A stretch of DNA of 64,000 bases from an uncultured virus (IMG/VR IMGVR_UViG_3300017771_000002). Lineage: Duplodnaviria; Heunggongvirae; Uroviricota; Caudoviricetes. A program made the translations under genes and the position numbers. The notes under the pieces were generated by a model. The model was given only the letters and a program-made list of their open reading frames with translations. It was not told where the DNA came from and ran no database searches. Positions 19,201 to 29,218 of this stretch are shown here, piece by piece (the first letter of the stretch is position 1; the number at the start of each line of letters is the position of its first letter). The stretch lies in the IMG/VR virus record IMGVR_UViG_3300017771_000002; one strand, written 5' to 3'.

Positions 19201-22200
19201 ATGCCCATCAAATTACCAACTGTACAAACAGGCTTCGAAAGGAGCGTTCAGGAAGCGGCTAAAAAAGTCGGCAAAAATTTGAGAATCAACATGGGGCCGG
19301 GGGCCAAAAGTGTTGAGGGTTTAACAAGACCTCTGGGACGATTAACTGGTAAGGCTGATGAGTTCACCAAATCTATGGAGGCGGCTAACGCCCGTGTTTT
19401 GGCCTTCGGAGCGTCTGTTGGAGTTATTGCTGCTGTTTCAAACGCCTTAAAACAGTTGGTTACGACGAGTATCGAAGTTGAGAAAAGTTTAACTAACATA
19501 AACTCTATTCTAAAGCAATCAGAATCGCAGCTTGATGGTTTTAAAAACCAAATTTTTGATATTGCTAGAAATACAGGTCAAACTTTTGATACTGTAGCCG
19601 AGGCTGCTTTGGAACTCTCTCGTCAAGGTCTTAAAGCTGAAGAAGTCACCAAAAGGCTTAATGATGCTCTTGTTCTTTCTCGTCTTTCTGGTTTAAGCGC
19701 TGCGGAGTCTGTAGCGGGTTTGACAGCGGCAGTCAACTCGTTTTCTTCTGCTGGCCTAACAACCTCTGACGTACTTAATAAAATCTCTGCTGCTGCTGCA
19801 AGTGCGGCTGTTTCTGATAGGGATTTGATTGAGGGTCTTAAGAGATCGGGAGCAGTTGCTGTTACAGCTGGCGTAAAGTTTGATGAATTGATTGGTATCA
19901 TTTCTGCGCTTCAAGAAAGGACTGCGCGTGGTGGATCTGTCATTGGTAACTCCCTTAAAACAATTTTCACTAGAATTCAAGATATAGAAAAACTTAATTC
20001 GCTCCAAGATTTGGGTGTACAGGTTACAGATTTAGGAGGGCAGGTTTTATCCTCAAGTAAAATTATTGAAAATCTAGCTCCAGTATTTGCTAAGTTAGAT
20101 CAAGCGTCAAAAGTCAACTTGGCTGATAATCTTGTTGGTAAATTTCAAATCGCCCCTTTCCTCGCTTTACTGGAGGATTACAACCAAGAAGTCTCTAGGA
20201 GTGGGCAAGTCGCCGCGACCTCTTTCAATGCTACTAACGAAGCTTACAAACGTAATGAGGTTCTAAGTCAAACTTTGGCTACCGCTATAAACACAACTAC
20301 TGTAAGCCTTAAGGAGTTGGCTAACGCTTTAGGTGAAATAGGTGTAACTGAAAACTTATCTAAGATAATTGGAGTCTTTAATAGCGTAGTATCTAGCATT
20401 ACAGGTATTTTAGATGGTGATGGAATAGGGTCTAAGTTCGCTAAAGGGTTAATTAAAGGAATTAGCGCTATAATTTCTGGACCCGGATTGGCTCTAGCTT
20501 TGCTCGCTATTGGTAAATTGCTTTTAGATTTTGCTAAGTTTGGTACTGGAGCTTTAAGGACTTTCTTTGGTTTGAATAAAGCTGCTGAAGCTCAGAAAAA
20601 TTTACAAGGCCAGATAGCAGCATCACTCCTAAACGATAAAGGTATCAGATCCTCCATCTTGTCAATTGAACAGCAGAATATATCTGCGGCTGAAAAGAAA
20701 ATATTACAGACCAAGTTCTTTACAAAAGCTTTAAATGAGCAGTTGATGGTCATGCAAAAGATGCAAGGCATCGCTATGACTATCGCCCCCGGCGTTATGA
20801 AGGGAACAGCCTCAAGGCGTGGTGGAAGAGCTGCTGGAGGATTCTTACCTATTGGCGCGGAAAAATCTGATATTTCTAGAGGTGTAGGTGGCGCACCCGC
20901 TTCCGCGAAACCCGTTGTTATTCCTAACTTTGCATTTGGTGGTGGTAAGCGGGGGACAATGGTTGCTAATAGTAGTGAATATATTGTTCCTAATTATGCT
21001 AATGGTGGAGACGCTATCTTTAATCAGAACATGGCTTCTTCAATAGGTCTCCCTTCTAATGCTAGGAAGGTGAGGGCTGCTAGTGGGTATATTCCAAATT
21101 TTGCATTAACGCAGGCACAGTCAGCCCAGCGAGCGGCTAGTGGAATGGATATGACGGACGTAATGAGAAAGATTAATGGCGTACGTTTCCAAGAGAGGCA
21201 AGCTAGCGGGAAACTTAACGTAGACGATAAAGCTATATTGGCGCGAAAAAAGGAATTAGACAAAAAAAATACAGGCAAAAGATCTTTCATGGCTAACCAA
21301 GAGCCTAACAAATCGATCATGCTTGTTCCTCGGAGAGAAAGATTTCTAATGAATGGGTCTGATCATCATTTTATGAAAGCCCCGTACCAATCTAAAGCGG
21401 GAAACGGACTAATTGATTTCTTTGAAGGTCCATCAGCTGGAATTTCAAAAAGATTGAAAAAAGACAGTGTAGAGGGTGGCAGATTTAAGACATTACTAAC
21501 TTTGGATGGAGATATAGAAAAAGCTCTAGCCAGAGGAGTTAATAGTATATTTACTAAATTTAGAAAAAAGGCTGGGCCAAACGCTTTTAAGACTAAGCCG
21601 GGCAGGATTACAGCTAGTAATATTAAAGAACAAATGGAGAAGGGCGGCCCGGGCGCACTTGGAGCTGTTAAGGGCGCAACTTTTGAAGCTTTAATGAGGG
21701 CTATTGTTGGAGGAGTAAGTCAAAATGCCAAAGAAGGGCAGCTTGATGTAGATTTCTCAAAAGATGAAGGCAATATTCTTGATGTAATCTTTGGTATCCA
21801 AAATAAAAACTTCAGATTTGGAGATTTTAAATCTTCACGCAGCGGGGGAAATAAGACTAAATTTGCCAAACAAATTCTTGATAACGTTAAAGGCAAGGTT
21901 GTAGTGGGCAAAAAGGCTAAAACGATTAATAGCAAAACTGCTGCCTCTGGTTATATACCTAACTTCGCTGAAGGAGCTTTAGAAAACGCTATTGGTAGAG
22001 AGCAAGCTGCTGGTTTACCAGTTAGTCAAATTAGAATCAATCAAAGCGGCAAACTCCGCAACTCGCAAAACCCAATGGGTCTTGCAGTGACTAATACTCG
22101 CGATGAGCCTACTGGGGCGATTCCTGCTGCTAGAGGGTTTATTCCTAATTTTAACATTGGTGGTGTCCCTAGCATGGGGGGACTCATGGATAAAAAATTT

Positions 22201-25200
22201 GAAAAAGCCGCAGATTCAGCTGAAAAATCAGCGAAAGCTTTAGACAAGAACACTAACAATTTAAATAAAAACGGCAAAAGTTCAGAAGGTCTTACTGGTA
22301 AATTAATAGCTGTACAGATGGGTATGAGCTTATTTAATTCTGGATTAGGAGAGGCTACTAAAGAAACGGATGGCTTTAAAGGTAGTTTGGCTGCTCTTGG
22401 TCAAGGGGTTATAGCAGCGACTCAGGTATTGTTTATGATGCAAGCTTTGGGGATGTCCCCCGGGTTTAAACTGGCGGGGAGCAGGAGGTCTATGGCTACA
22501 ACCGCTCTTGCTGTTCGAAGTAAGGTGACTATGGGAGCCAAAGGGGGGATGCTCAACAAGGCTACAAAGGGACTTGGCGGTTTCATTGGAAAGTTAGCTG
22601 GAGGTTTTGGACGACTCGTTCCAATTATAGGTACTGCTGTTACGGCATTTATGTTACTTAATCCTATAATTAAAAAATTAACGGGAGATGGTATAATTGG
22701 TCATATTGGAAAAGCTTTAGGGCTTATTGATACTCCAGCGGAAAAAGCTTCGAAAGCTTTGGGGAAGTTAGCTGATGAAGCGGCAAGAAATTTAAGGTCG
22801 GGGGCTGACCCTTTTAAAGATGCAGCAGCTCAGATACGAAAGGAACTAGCTATACAACAGGGTATTGGAGTCACAGATGAAGATACTGCGGGATCGGTAT
22901 TAGTAAAGCGAGCTGTCGCTATGCCATCAGAAAATTTTGCAAATCTAAGAACTACTCAGACGGCCCCTGAATTTCTTGTCCAAAATAGAACTGGAACGGA
23001 AATCGGTAGGCAGTTCAGGAGGGATATTATTGAGATGCAGCTGATGAAAGACCCACCCAAGGACACTTCTGGCCCCGCATTCTCGAAAGCAGAGGCTTTT
23101 GAAAAGCGCTCCACCCGTAACAAGGAAGGCATTAAACCAGCAGGAGAGCGCGAAACTTACACGATGAGAGATTCCGAGGGGAAACTCCAAATTCGACCAA
23201 AAGTGCCGACAAAAGTTGGTGAAGAAGTTTTCCTGAGAGGGTCGGATACTAATTTCAAGGTATCAGGTATACCCGATTCAAAGATAATTGAAGAATCTGA
23301 TAAAGTTCGTACGCAATTTATGGTTTCAATGATTGGTACTTTTACCGACGAAGAAATTGCCGAATTAGTTAAAACTGGAGACCCTAAAGCGTTTGCAAAG
23401 AAAGCTCAAAAAGCATTTAAATCTTTTAATGCAGGCCTTCAAAATAAAATATTAGATAACCTCACAGATCTTGTCGGGCTTGATCTGACTAAGACTGATA
23501 AAAATGCAGTTGAAACTGAAAAATTAAAAGAAGCCAAAAATACGCAAATTTCTCAACTTGTCGCATCTGGTGTTCAGGCAAATAAAAAGAAAGACGCTGA
23601 CTTAGAAAAAGAAAAGGCGGTTGATCTAATCAATGTAGCTAATGCCAAAGCTCGATTAAAGGCGACAATTGAACTAAGGAAGTTTCAATTATTAAATATT
23701 ACAGACAAAAAAAAGGAGCTGGAGGTTGCTCAGATATTAGGCACTCTTACACAAGAAGAACTGAGAGATGAACAGCTTAACGCGCAGCTTCAAGATATAC
23801 GAACGAAACAAGCTAATGAAAGACTCTCTCTAGTTACTCAAGAGATAGATAAGGTTGAAGGGATCAAGGAGAACCTTGAAGCTGTAACAATTTTAGAAGA
23901 AAAGTTAAAAAGCGCATCTGTAGAGAAAATAAACAATACTGGTGCATTTAAAAAACTTATAGTAGATACACTTATTGGTTTAGGGAAGGAAGGAACAGAA
24001 GCACAAAACATTGCTGACAGGTTATTAGCTGGATCAGAGAATGCTGATGAACTCAAAAAAGCCATTTTCGATTCCGCTGAAGGATTAGGTACAGCTAAAA
24101 ACAACGCTTTAGATCTTGTGGGAGCTTTAAAAGAAGCTGCTGACGCTGCTAGCAGGGTTAAGATTTTGGATGAAGGTGGTGTTGAGCTTGCAGCTGCGAA
24201 GAGACAGGCGAAATTTCAGACAAGAGAAAATGATTTAAACAATCAACTCAATAAAGCTCAAAACGCAGGTAATGCACCTCTTGTTGAATCTCTTCAAAAA
24301 GAATTAAAACAGTTAGATATAGAGAAGTTTAAGGACCCTGCAATAAAAGCTTTAAGAAATCAAGGACGTGAAAATGCTGCACGATCAGCAGGAAATGAAA
24401 TTATAAGCGTATCTGGCGTAGAAAATAAAGCCGTAAAACAAGCTCTTGGACTGGTGGCTGAAGGGAAAGTTGACTTGGACTTAGGAGACAGGGCAACGAC
24501 AGCTCAAAGAATAGAAACCGCTCTTGGAGAATCATTGAAAGCAGGTGGGGCCGAAAATATTGAAGAGATCATGGCACAAGCTAATACGGCTGAGTTACTA
24601 AAGCACTTTGATTTGGTAAAACAGATTCACCAAGCTAGAAAAAATTCCCTAGAAACCTCTGAGCAGGAGCAACTTATGCAAGAGAAGTCTCTACAACAAT
24701 CTAGAGATCAACTCGACATTGACACAAGAAGCGTTGACATTAGATTGAAACGTTTGAATAATGGTATTCAAGAAAGTCGTCAAGCAGCAATGGCGCAAAA
24801 GGCGTTTGAAGCGCAACAGTTTAAGAAGATGGGACTAGGCGAAAAATCCGCTTTATCCCAAGAAGATTTTAAAACTATCCAAAATAATCCAAACTTAACT
24901 CCAGCAAACGCTCTTGAACAAGCCAGACTAGAAAGCAGCTTTAGAGATAGAATGAAGAAGAAGCTAGTGAAGGATGATAAAACTATTAACTCTGATTTCT
25001 TAGATAAAATGGTTGCGTCTTCCGCCCAGTTTAGAGATAACTTCGTATCAGCGTTTGCAGAAGGTATTAAGAGTGTAGATGATCTTGAAGATGCGTTGCT
25101 AAATGCGGCTGATCAGTTTTTGAAAGCCATGACCACAAACTTTATCGATAAGTTTATGGATCAAGCTGCGAGTGAAGGTCTTGGGGGTGAAGGTTCTAAA

Positions 25201-26382
25201 GGTGAAGGTTCTGGGGGCGGAGGGTTTATGGGATTTCTTAAATCTGCTGGTTCATCTATTGCTTCAATCTTTGGCTTCGCTGATGGAGGCAAAGTTCGCG
25301 GCGGCTCTGGTAGCCGCGATGACGTTCCAGCCATGCTAATGGGTGGAGAGTACGTCATGAATAAAAAAGCTGTTCAGCGTTATGGGCCGGGATTCATGGA
25401 AGCTATAAACTCTGGCTCTCTTCGTGGTTTTGCTAGCGGAGGTCAAGTTAGAGATAGAGAGGGTATGTTTACAACCCCGGGTATGAATGGCGCTGGAAAA
25501 ATTGTTGGAATGGAAAACCTTATGTCTTTTGCTACTCAAACCCCAATAGCTTTAGGTAGAGATAATATAAGGTCTGAAGGAGCCTTCTTGGATGCTGAAA
25601 GTGGTAGATTCACGATGTTTGGCCGAAGGAATAACCCTCAATTCCAAAAGGTGCAAGATGCCAAGAGGCAAGCTCTTGGTTTAGTAGCGTCAGAAAGAGA
25701 AGCTCACGAACAAGCAAAGAAGCAAGAAGTTAGCTTGGGCGACATGTTAATGTCAGCTGCCATTAGTACTATTGTTAGTTATGGGGTTTCGGAAGGATTA
25801 GGAAAATTAGAAGGGGCTGACGGTGAACCTTTAATTGGCAAAGGGATGACGGGACTTATATCGTCTGGAGCAGGTAACTTTGCTGGAGTTAAGCTTACTG
25901 ATGCCCCCGCTTCTGGTGGGGTGTTTGGAGCTGCGGCATCGAGTGGGGACTTGATGAATATATTTTCAGATCCCAAGGCCGAAAAAGATCCCAAGACCAA
26001 AAACATGGCTACAGGAGGATTAATTCCTCCCGCTGGAGGAGTTGATACGGTTCCCGCAATGCTTTCAGGTGGAGAGTTCGTCATGAACGCTGCTGCCACA
26101 AAGAATATTGGAGCTGGTAATTTACAATCGTTGAACTCTGGAGCTGGAACTAGTGACAACACCAATCTCGTCTCCAAACTTGATGAGCTAATTGCTGCAA
26201 CTGAGACATCTCAGTCTACAGGTGATATCAACATAACAATCAATGGCTCTAATGGAACTGAAAGTCAAACTGGAGGTGAAGATGCTCCAGAAAGAGAAAG
26301 AAAATTATCTGAGAGAATTAAAGTCGCCGTTAAACAAGTGATTGCAGATGAACAAAGATTAGGAGGACAACTTAGAAAGTAA
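19201..26382 (+). CDS. Tail tape measure protein (TP901-like core) with internal repeats and inserts
   Basis: 2393 aa. TP901-type core (ELSRQGL..GNSLKTIFTRI), hydrophobic helices, and C-terminal FAxGG..DxVPAMLxGGExVMN motifs. Confidence 0.92.
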   Translation: MPIKLPTVQTGFERSVQEAAKKVGKNLRINMGPGAKSVEGLTRPLGRLTGKADEFTKSMEAANARVLAFGASVGVIAAVSNALKQLVTTSIEVEKSLTNINSILKQSESQLDGFKNQIFDIARNTGQTFDTVAEAALELSRQGLKAEEVTKRLNDALVLSRLSGLSAAESVAGLTAAVNSFSSAGLTTSDVLNKISAAAASAAVSDRDLIEGLKRSGAVAVTAGVKFDELIGIISALQERTARGGSVIGNSLKTIFTRIQDIEKLNSLQDLGVQVTDLGGQVLSSSKIIENLAPVFAKLDQASKVNLADNLVGKFQIAPFLALLEDYNQEVSRSGQVAATSFNATNEAYKRNEVLSQTLATAINTTTVSLKELANALGEIGVTENLSKIIGVFNSVVSSITGILDGDGIGSKFAKGLIKGISAIISGPGLALALLAIGKLLLDFAKFGTGALRTFFGLNKAAEAQKNLQGQIAASLLNDKGIRSSILSIEQQNISAAEKKILQTKFFTKALNEQLMVMQKMQGIAMTIAPGVMKGTASRRGGRAAGGFLPIGAEKSDISRGVGGAPASAKPVVIPNFAFGGGKRGTMVANSSEYIVPNYANGGDAIFNQNMASSIGLPSNARKVRAASGYIPNFALTQAQSAQRAASGMDMTDVMRKINGVRFQERQASGKLNVDDKAILARKKELDKKNTGKRSFMANQEPNKSIMLVPRRERFLMNGSDHHFMKAPYQSKAGNGLIDFFEGPSAGISKRLKKDSVEGGRFKTLLTLDGDIEKALARGVNSIFTKFRKKAGPNAFKTKPGRITASNIKEQMEKGGPGALGAVKGATFEALMRAIVGGVSQNAKEGQLDVDFSKDEGNILDVIFGIQNKNFRFGDFKSSRSGGNKTKFAKQILDNVKGKVVVGKKAKTINSKTAASGYIPNFAEGALENAIGREQAAGLPVSQIRINQSGKLRNSQNPMGLAVTNTRDEPTGAIPAARGFIPNFNIGGVPSMGGLMDKKFEKAADSAEKSAKALDKNTNNLNKNGKSSEGLTGKLIAVQMGMSLFNSGLGEATKETDGFKGSLAALGQGVIAATQVLFMMQALGMSPGFKLAGSRRSMATTALAVRSKVTMGAKGGMLNKATKGLGGFIGKLAGGFGRLVPIIGTAVTAFMLLNPIIKKLTGDGIIGHIGKALGLIDTPAEKASKALGKLADEAARNLRSGADPFKDAAAQIRKELAIQQGIGVTDEDTAGSVLVKRAVAMPSENFANLRTTQTAPEFLVQNRTGTEIGRQFRRDIIEMQLMKDPPKDTSGPAFSKAEAFEKRSTRNKEGIKPAGERETYTMRDSEGKLQIRPKVPTKVGEEVFLRGSDTNFKVSGIPDSKIIEESDKVRTQFMVSMIGTFTDEEIAELVKTGDPKAFAKKAQKAFKSFNAGLQNKILDNLTDLVGLDLTKTDKNAVETEKLKEAKNTQISQLVASGVQANKKKDADLEKEKAVDLINVANAKARLKATIELRKFQLLNITDKKKELEVAQILGTLTQEELRDEQLNAQLQDIRTKQANERLSLVTQEIDKVEGIKENLEAVTILEEKLKSASVEKINNTGAFKKLIVDTLIGLGKEGTEAQNIADRLLAGSENADELKKAIFDSAEGLGTAKNNALDLVGALKEAADAASRVKILDEGGVELAAAKRQAKFQTRENDLNNQLNKAQNAGNAPLVESLQKELKQLDIEKFKDPAIKALRNQGRENAARSAGNEIISVSGVENKAVKQALGLVAEGKVDLDLGDRATTAQRIETALGESLKAGGAENIEEIMAQANTAELLKHFDLVKQIHQARKNSLETSEQEQLMQEKSLQQSRDQLDIDTRSVDIRLKRLNNGIQESRQAAMAQKAFEAQQFKKMGLGEKSALSQEDFKTIQNNPNLTPANALEQARLESSFRDRMKKKLVKDDKTINSDFLDKMVASSAQFRDNFVSAFAEGIKSVDDLEDALLNAADQFLKAMTTNFIDKFMDQAASEGLGGEGSKGEGSGGGGFMGFLKSAGSSIASIFGFADGGKVRGGSGSRDDVPAMLMGGEYVMNKKAVQRYGPGFMEAINSGSLRGFASGGQVRDREGMFTTPGMNGAGKIVGMENLMSFATQTPIALGRDNIRSEGAFLDAESGRFTMFGRRNNPQFQKVQDAKRQALGLVASEREAHEQAKKQEVSLGDMLMSAAISTIVSYGVSEGLGKLEGADGEPLIGKGMTGLISSGAGNFAGVKLTDAPASGGVFGAAASSGDLMNIFSDPKAEKDPKTKNMATGGLIPPAGGVDTVPAMLSGGEFVMNAAATKNIGAGNLQSLNSGAGTSDNTNLVSKLDELIAATETSQSTGDINITINGSNGTESQTGGEDAPERERKLSERIKVAVKQVIADEQRLGGQLRK

Positions 26383-27197
26383 TGTTTGGATCAAGATTAA
26401 ATGACGAAGTAAATATCGCCATAGATGGATACGAAATTTCTGGCGTAAGCTCTATAGACTTTTCATATTCTAATAGTGCAAATATCGTTAAGCCTCTCGG
26501 CTCTAAGAAAGGGTTAACTACTGTTGGTGGGGCTACACAACAAAAAGTTTCTATTTCTTCTCATATGATATATAATGATCCGCTTTTATATTATACTGGA
26601 AATAATATATCATTAATAAATCAGCAGGGCGTTATGAGTGGCAATATTAGATATGCAGATATTTCATACAGATTTTCTGAAGGATACTTAGATTCTTATT
26701 CTGTCAATTGCGCTGTAGGCACAGTGCCAAAAGTTAACGCTTCTATTTTGGTTTATGATGAGTTTCTATCAGGTAGCGAAGTACTAAGTGATGCTGGAAT
26801 ACCCAGCGAGATTTCTATAACATCTCAAGGATCTATAAATGTAACTTGTGATAATTCTACAACAAATAGGGTTATTGGTTTTGATTACTCTATTAAATCT
26901 AATAGAAAACCTCACTTCTCAATAGGTAGTGAAACTCCTGCTTCTGTCGAGCTTATCCTTCCTTTGGAATTTACAGCTCAGGTTCAAATTGAAGTTGATG
27001 AAGCTTTTCCAGAAAGCTCTTTTAGCTTTTTAGAAAACAGAGAAAACAAAACTGTTGTTTTTGATATTAATAGAAAAGATGGTACAAATCTTCAAGAACT
27101 GACGATCCCTAACGCTACACTAGTAAGTGAATCTATATCAGCTTCTGATAATGGTTCTGCTATTTTAAATTTAAATTATATTGGTCATGGCTTCTGA
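26382..27197 (+). CDS. Tail tube-like / distal tail protein (paralog)
   Basis: Follows the TMP gene. GYLDSYSVNCAVGTVP and RKPHFSIGS resemble the tube paralogs. Confidence 0.6.
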   Translation: MFGSRLNDEVNIAIDGYEISGVSSIDFSYSNSANIVKPLGSKKGLTTVGGATQQKVSISSHMIYNDPLLYYTGNNISLINQQGVMSGNIRYADISYRFSEGYLDSYSVNCAVGTVPKVNASILVYDEFLSGSEVLSDAGIPSEISITSQGSINVTCDNSTTNRVIGFDYSIKSNRKPHFSIGSETPASVELILPLEFTAQVQIEVDEAFPESSFSFLENRENKTVVFDINRKDGTNLQELTIPNATLVSESISASDNGSAILNLNYIGHGF

Positions 27198-28140
27198 TTT
27201 ATTTTACAACAGGGACTCAAATATTTCTGGAGTTACAATTCAGTCTGATTATTCAGGTCTTAGTTTAACTCCCGTCTACGGCTCTAAAGCCTCTTTTAAG
27301 TCCAAGAATTTTACATACGAGGTTGATGATTTTCAAATCAACTCCATACCTCACTCAATGAATAGTTTAGAGGTTCAGTATGATGTGCGGTATGACTTAA
27401 ATGAAGCAAATACCCAGAAACTAGCTGCATTTATCGAGAGTAAAAATGGTAATCAATTGTTTGATTTTAATATAGATAATAGCGGGATTTATAAATCTAT
27501 GTCTGGGGTGTCTGACAACTATGCGATTAATCATGTCAACAACCAGCATTATGAAGTCGCTGTTTCTTATTCTGTGGATCAGGCTCCAAATTTATTTAAT
27601 TGGTCTGGGATGAATTTTGTTAATTTAGATTTCCAAAACTATGCTTACTCTACCACTTATGAAAAATTTGATGTTGTTTTCACTGGCATAAGTTCCAATA
27701 AACTAAACAACTATTATTACTGCACGGAAACCCACTCATCTTCTGCTGCAAATTCCCCAACGGGGGCTAGCTCAGCATGGTCTCAGAGCTTCTTCTTCAA
27801 GCCTGATATTGGTTTGCAAAATGATGTTCAATTAAAAAACGAAGTCTTACAGTTTAAGAACTCTTTTAAGCAGAGAGTCAAAACAAAGGATAACAACGCT
27901 TCATTCCAGCTTAAGTATGATTTCACAGATATTAGCGACAAACAACTTAAGTGTATGTTGCATTTCTTAGAGAATAAGGCTGGATACAGAAGGTTTAGAC
28001 ATGATATAGAATCAGTCTATAATAGACCAAAAGCTATGTATTGCCCAGAGTGGAATCATACATGGAAGTATTTCAACACGCACGATTTATCCGTGACGTT
28101 AGTAGAAGATGTTTTAGGTGTAATCCCAACAGGAAGTTAG
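27187..28140 (+). CDS. Minor tail protein with two lambda gpM-like halves
   Basis: Two related halves (LAAFIESKNGNQLFDF / MLHFLENKAGYRRFRH) flank a short aromatic module (YYYCTETH..P....AWSQ). Confidence 0.6.
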   Translation: MASDLFYNRDSNISGVTIQSDYSGLSLTPVYGSKASFKSKNFTYEVDDFQINSIPHSMNSLEVQYDVRYDLNEANTQKLAAFIESKNGNQLFDFNIDNSGIYKSMSGVSDNYAINHVNNQHYEVAVSYSVDQAPNLFNWSGMNFVNLDFQNYAYSTTYEKFDVVFTGISSNKLNNYYYCTETHSSSAANSPTGASSAWSQSFFFKPDIGLQNDVQLKNEVLQFKNSFKQRVKTKDNNASFQLKYDFTDISDKQLKCMLHFLENKAGYRRFRHDIESVYNRPKAMYCPEWNHTWKYFNTHDLSVTLVEDVLGVIPTGS

Positions 28141-28141
28141 T

Positions 28142-29218
28142 ATGGCTAGAGATATTTTAAAGAGTAACAATTCAATTGTGATTGTCGGTCAGAGACCAGC
28201 ATTTACAACTGGAGACAGATTTGGTACTGATATGAGTGGCGCTTGTATGAGCGCTGTTCAAAGTGTATCTGTTGGTTTTTCTCAACCAAGACAAAAGTCA
28301 AAGCAGGTCGGGTCTAAGGGTTTAGCCATTAATGATATCACCAGATCGCCAGACGTTGATTTAAATATAGATTACTATTATACCCCAGCAATGTTAAATG
28401 AAAATATGTTGGGCTTAATAAATGATCAAACAGGTACAGCAAAATCCGCTTTTTTTAGTGGTTATACTAATGAAGATCAAAACTTTTATATAGCAAATCA
28501 TCCTGATCAAGGATCGGATATTATTGAAAATAGTGGTATACCTAATAATAATCTTTCTGAAGTAATCTGTATAGGAAATGCGTTTTTAACAAATTACTCT
28601 TTAGGTTTTTCTATAGGATCTGTACCAGTTGCGTCTACTTCATATAAATGCTCTAATGTAAATATTCAAACAGATGCTTCTGCTATCTACGATATACCAG
28701 CAATTAATCTTGATTCAGGAAATAACAATAACGTTGGACGAGTAAAATTAACACAATCTAGCATTAGCGGGTTTGGAGACTACACAGGAATAAATAGATT
28801 TTACCCACCTCTTTGCTCCCCTACAAAAGTAAACTCAACTCTTCAAAATCTACAGATAGGTGGAGCGCCTATTAGTGGAGACGCTCATTTGCAGTCGTTT
28901 TCATTCAATATTCCAATCAATAGAGTTGATCTATTCGGCCTTGGTAGTGATTACCCTTACGGAAGAAAGGTTCAGTATCCGCTTACCTCTTCTGTAAATG
29001 TAGAATTTTTAGTTTCAGGTTTAGCGACTGGAGAGATATCTAATTTAATTACAGCTGAGTCTGGTTATGATTTTGACGTAGGTATTGTAGACACTGGTAA
29101 TGATTTCACTCACACGTTTTCATTTTCCGATCTGAAGCTTGAAAGCTCCTCTTATCAGATGAACGTGAATGATCAAATGACATACTCCTTGTCATTCAGT
29201 CACGAAATAACTAATTAA
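28142..29218 (+). CDS. Tail tube-like protein (paralog of 14049-15185)
   Basis: IGNAFLTNYSLGFSIGSVP aligns with LGNAFLTDYSLDLSVGSLP, and further blocks are colinear. Confidence 0.7.
   Translation: MARDILKSNNSIVIVGQRPAFTTGDRFGTDMSGACMSAVQSVSVGFSQPRQKSKQVGSKGLAINDITRSPDVDLNIDYYYTPAMLNENMLGLINDQTGTAKSAFFSGYTNEDQNFYIANHPDQGSDIIENSGIPNNNLSEVICIGNAFLTNYSLGFSIGSVPVASTSYKCSNVNIQTDASAIYDIPAINLDSGNNNNVGRVKLTQSSISGFGDYTGINRFYPPLCSPTKVNSTLQNLQIGGAPISGDAHLQSFSFNIPINRVDLFGLGSDYPYGRKVQYPLTSSVNVEFLVSGLATGEISNLITAESGYDFDVGIVDTGNDFTHTFSFSDLKLESSSYQMNVNDQMTYSLSFSHEITN

Noticed and set aside
19248..26177. Numerous 60-135 aa antisense ORFs within the TMP gene, and similar ones in capsid, RNR and replication genes
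   Set aside because: Expected antisense shadows of long biased-codon genes, with no motifs or expression signals.
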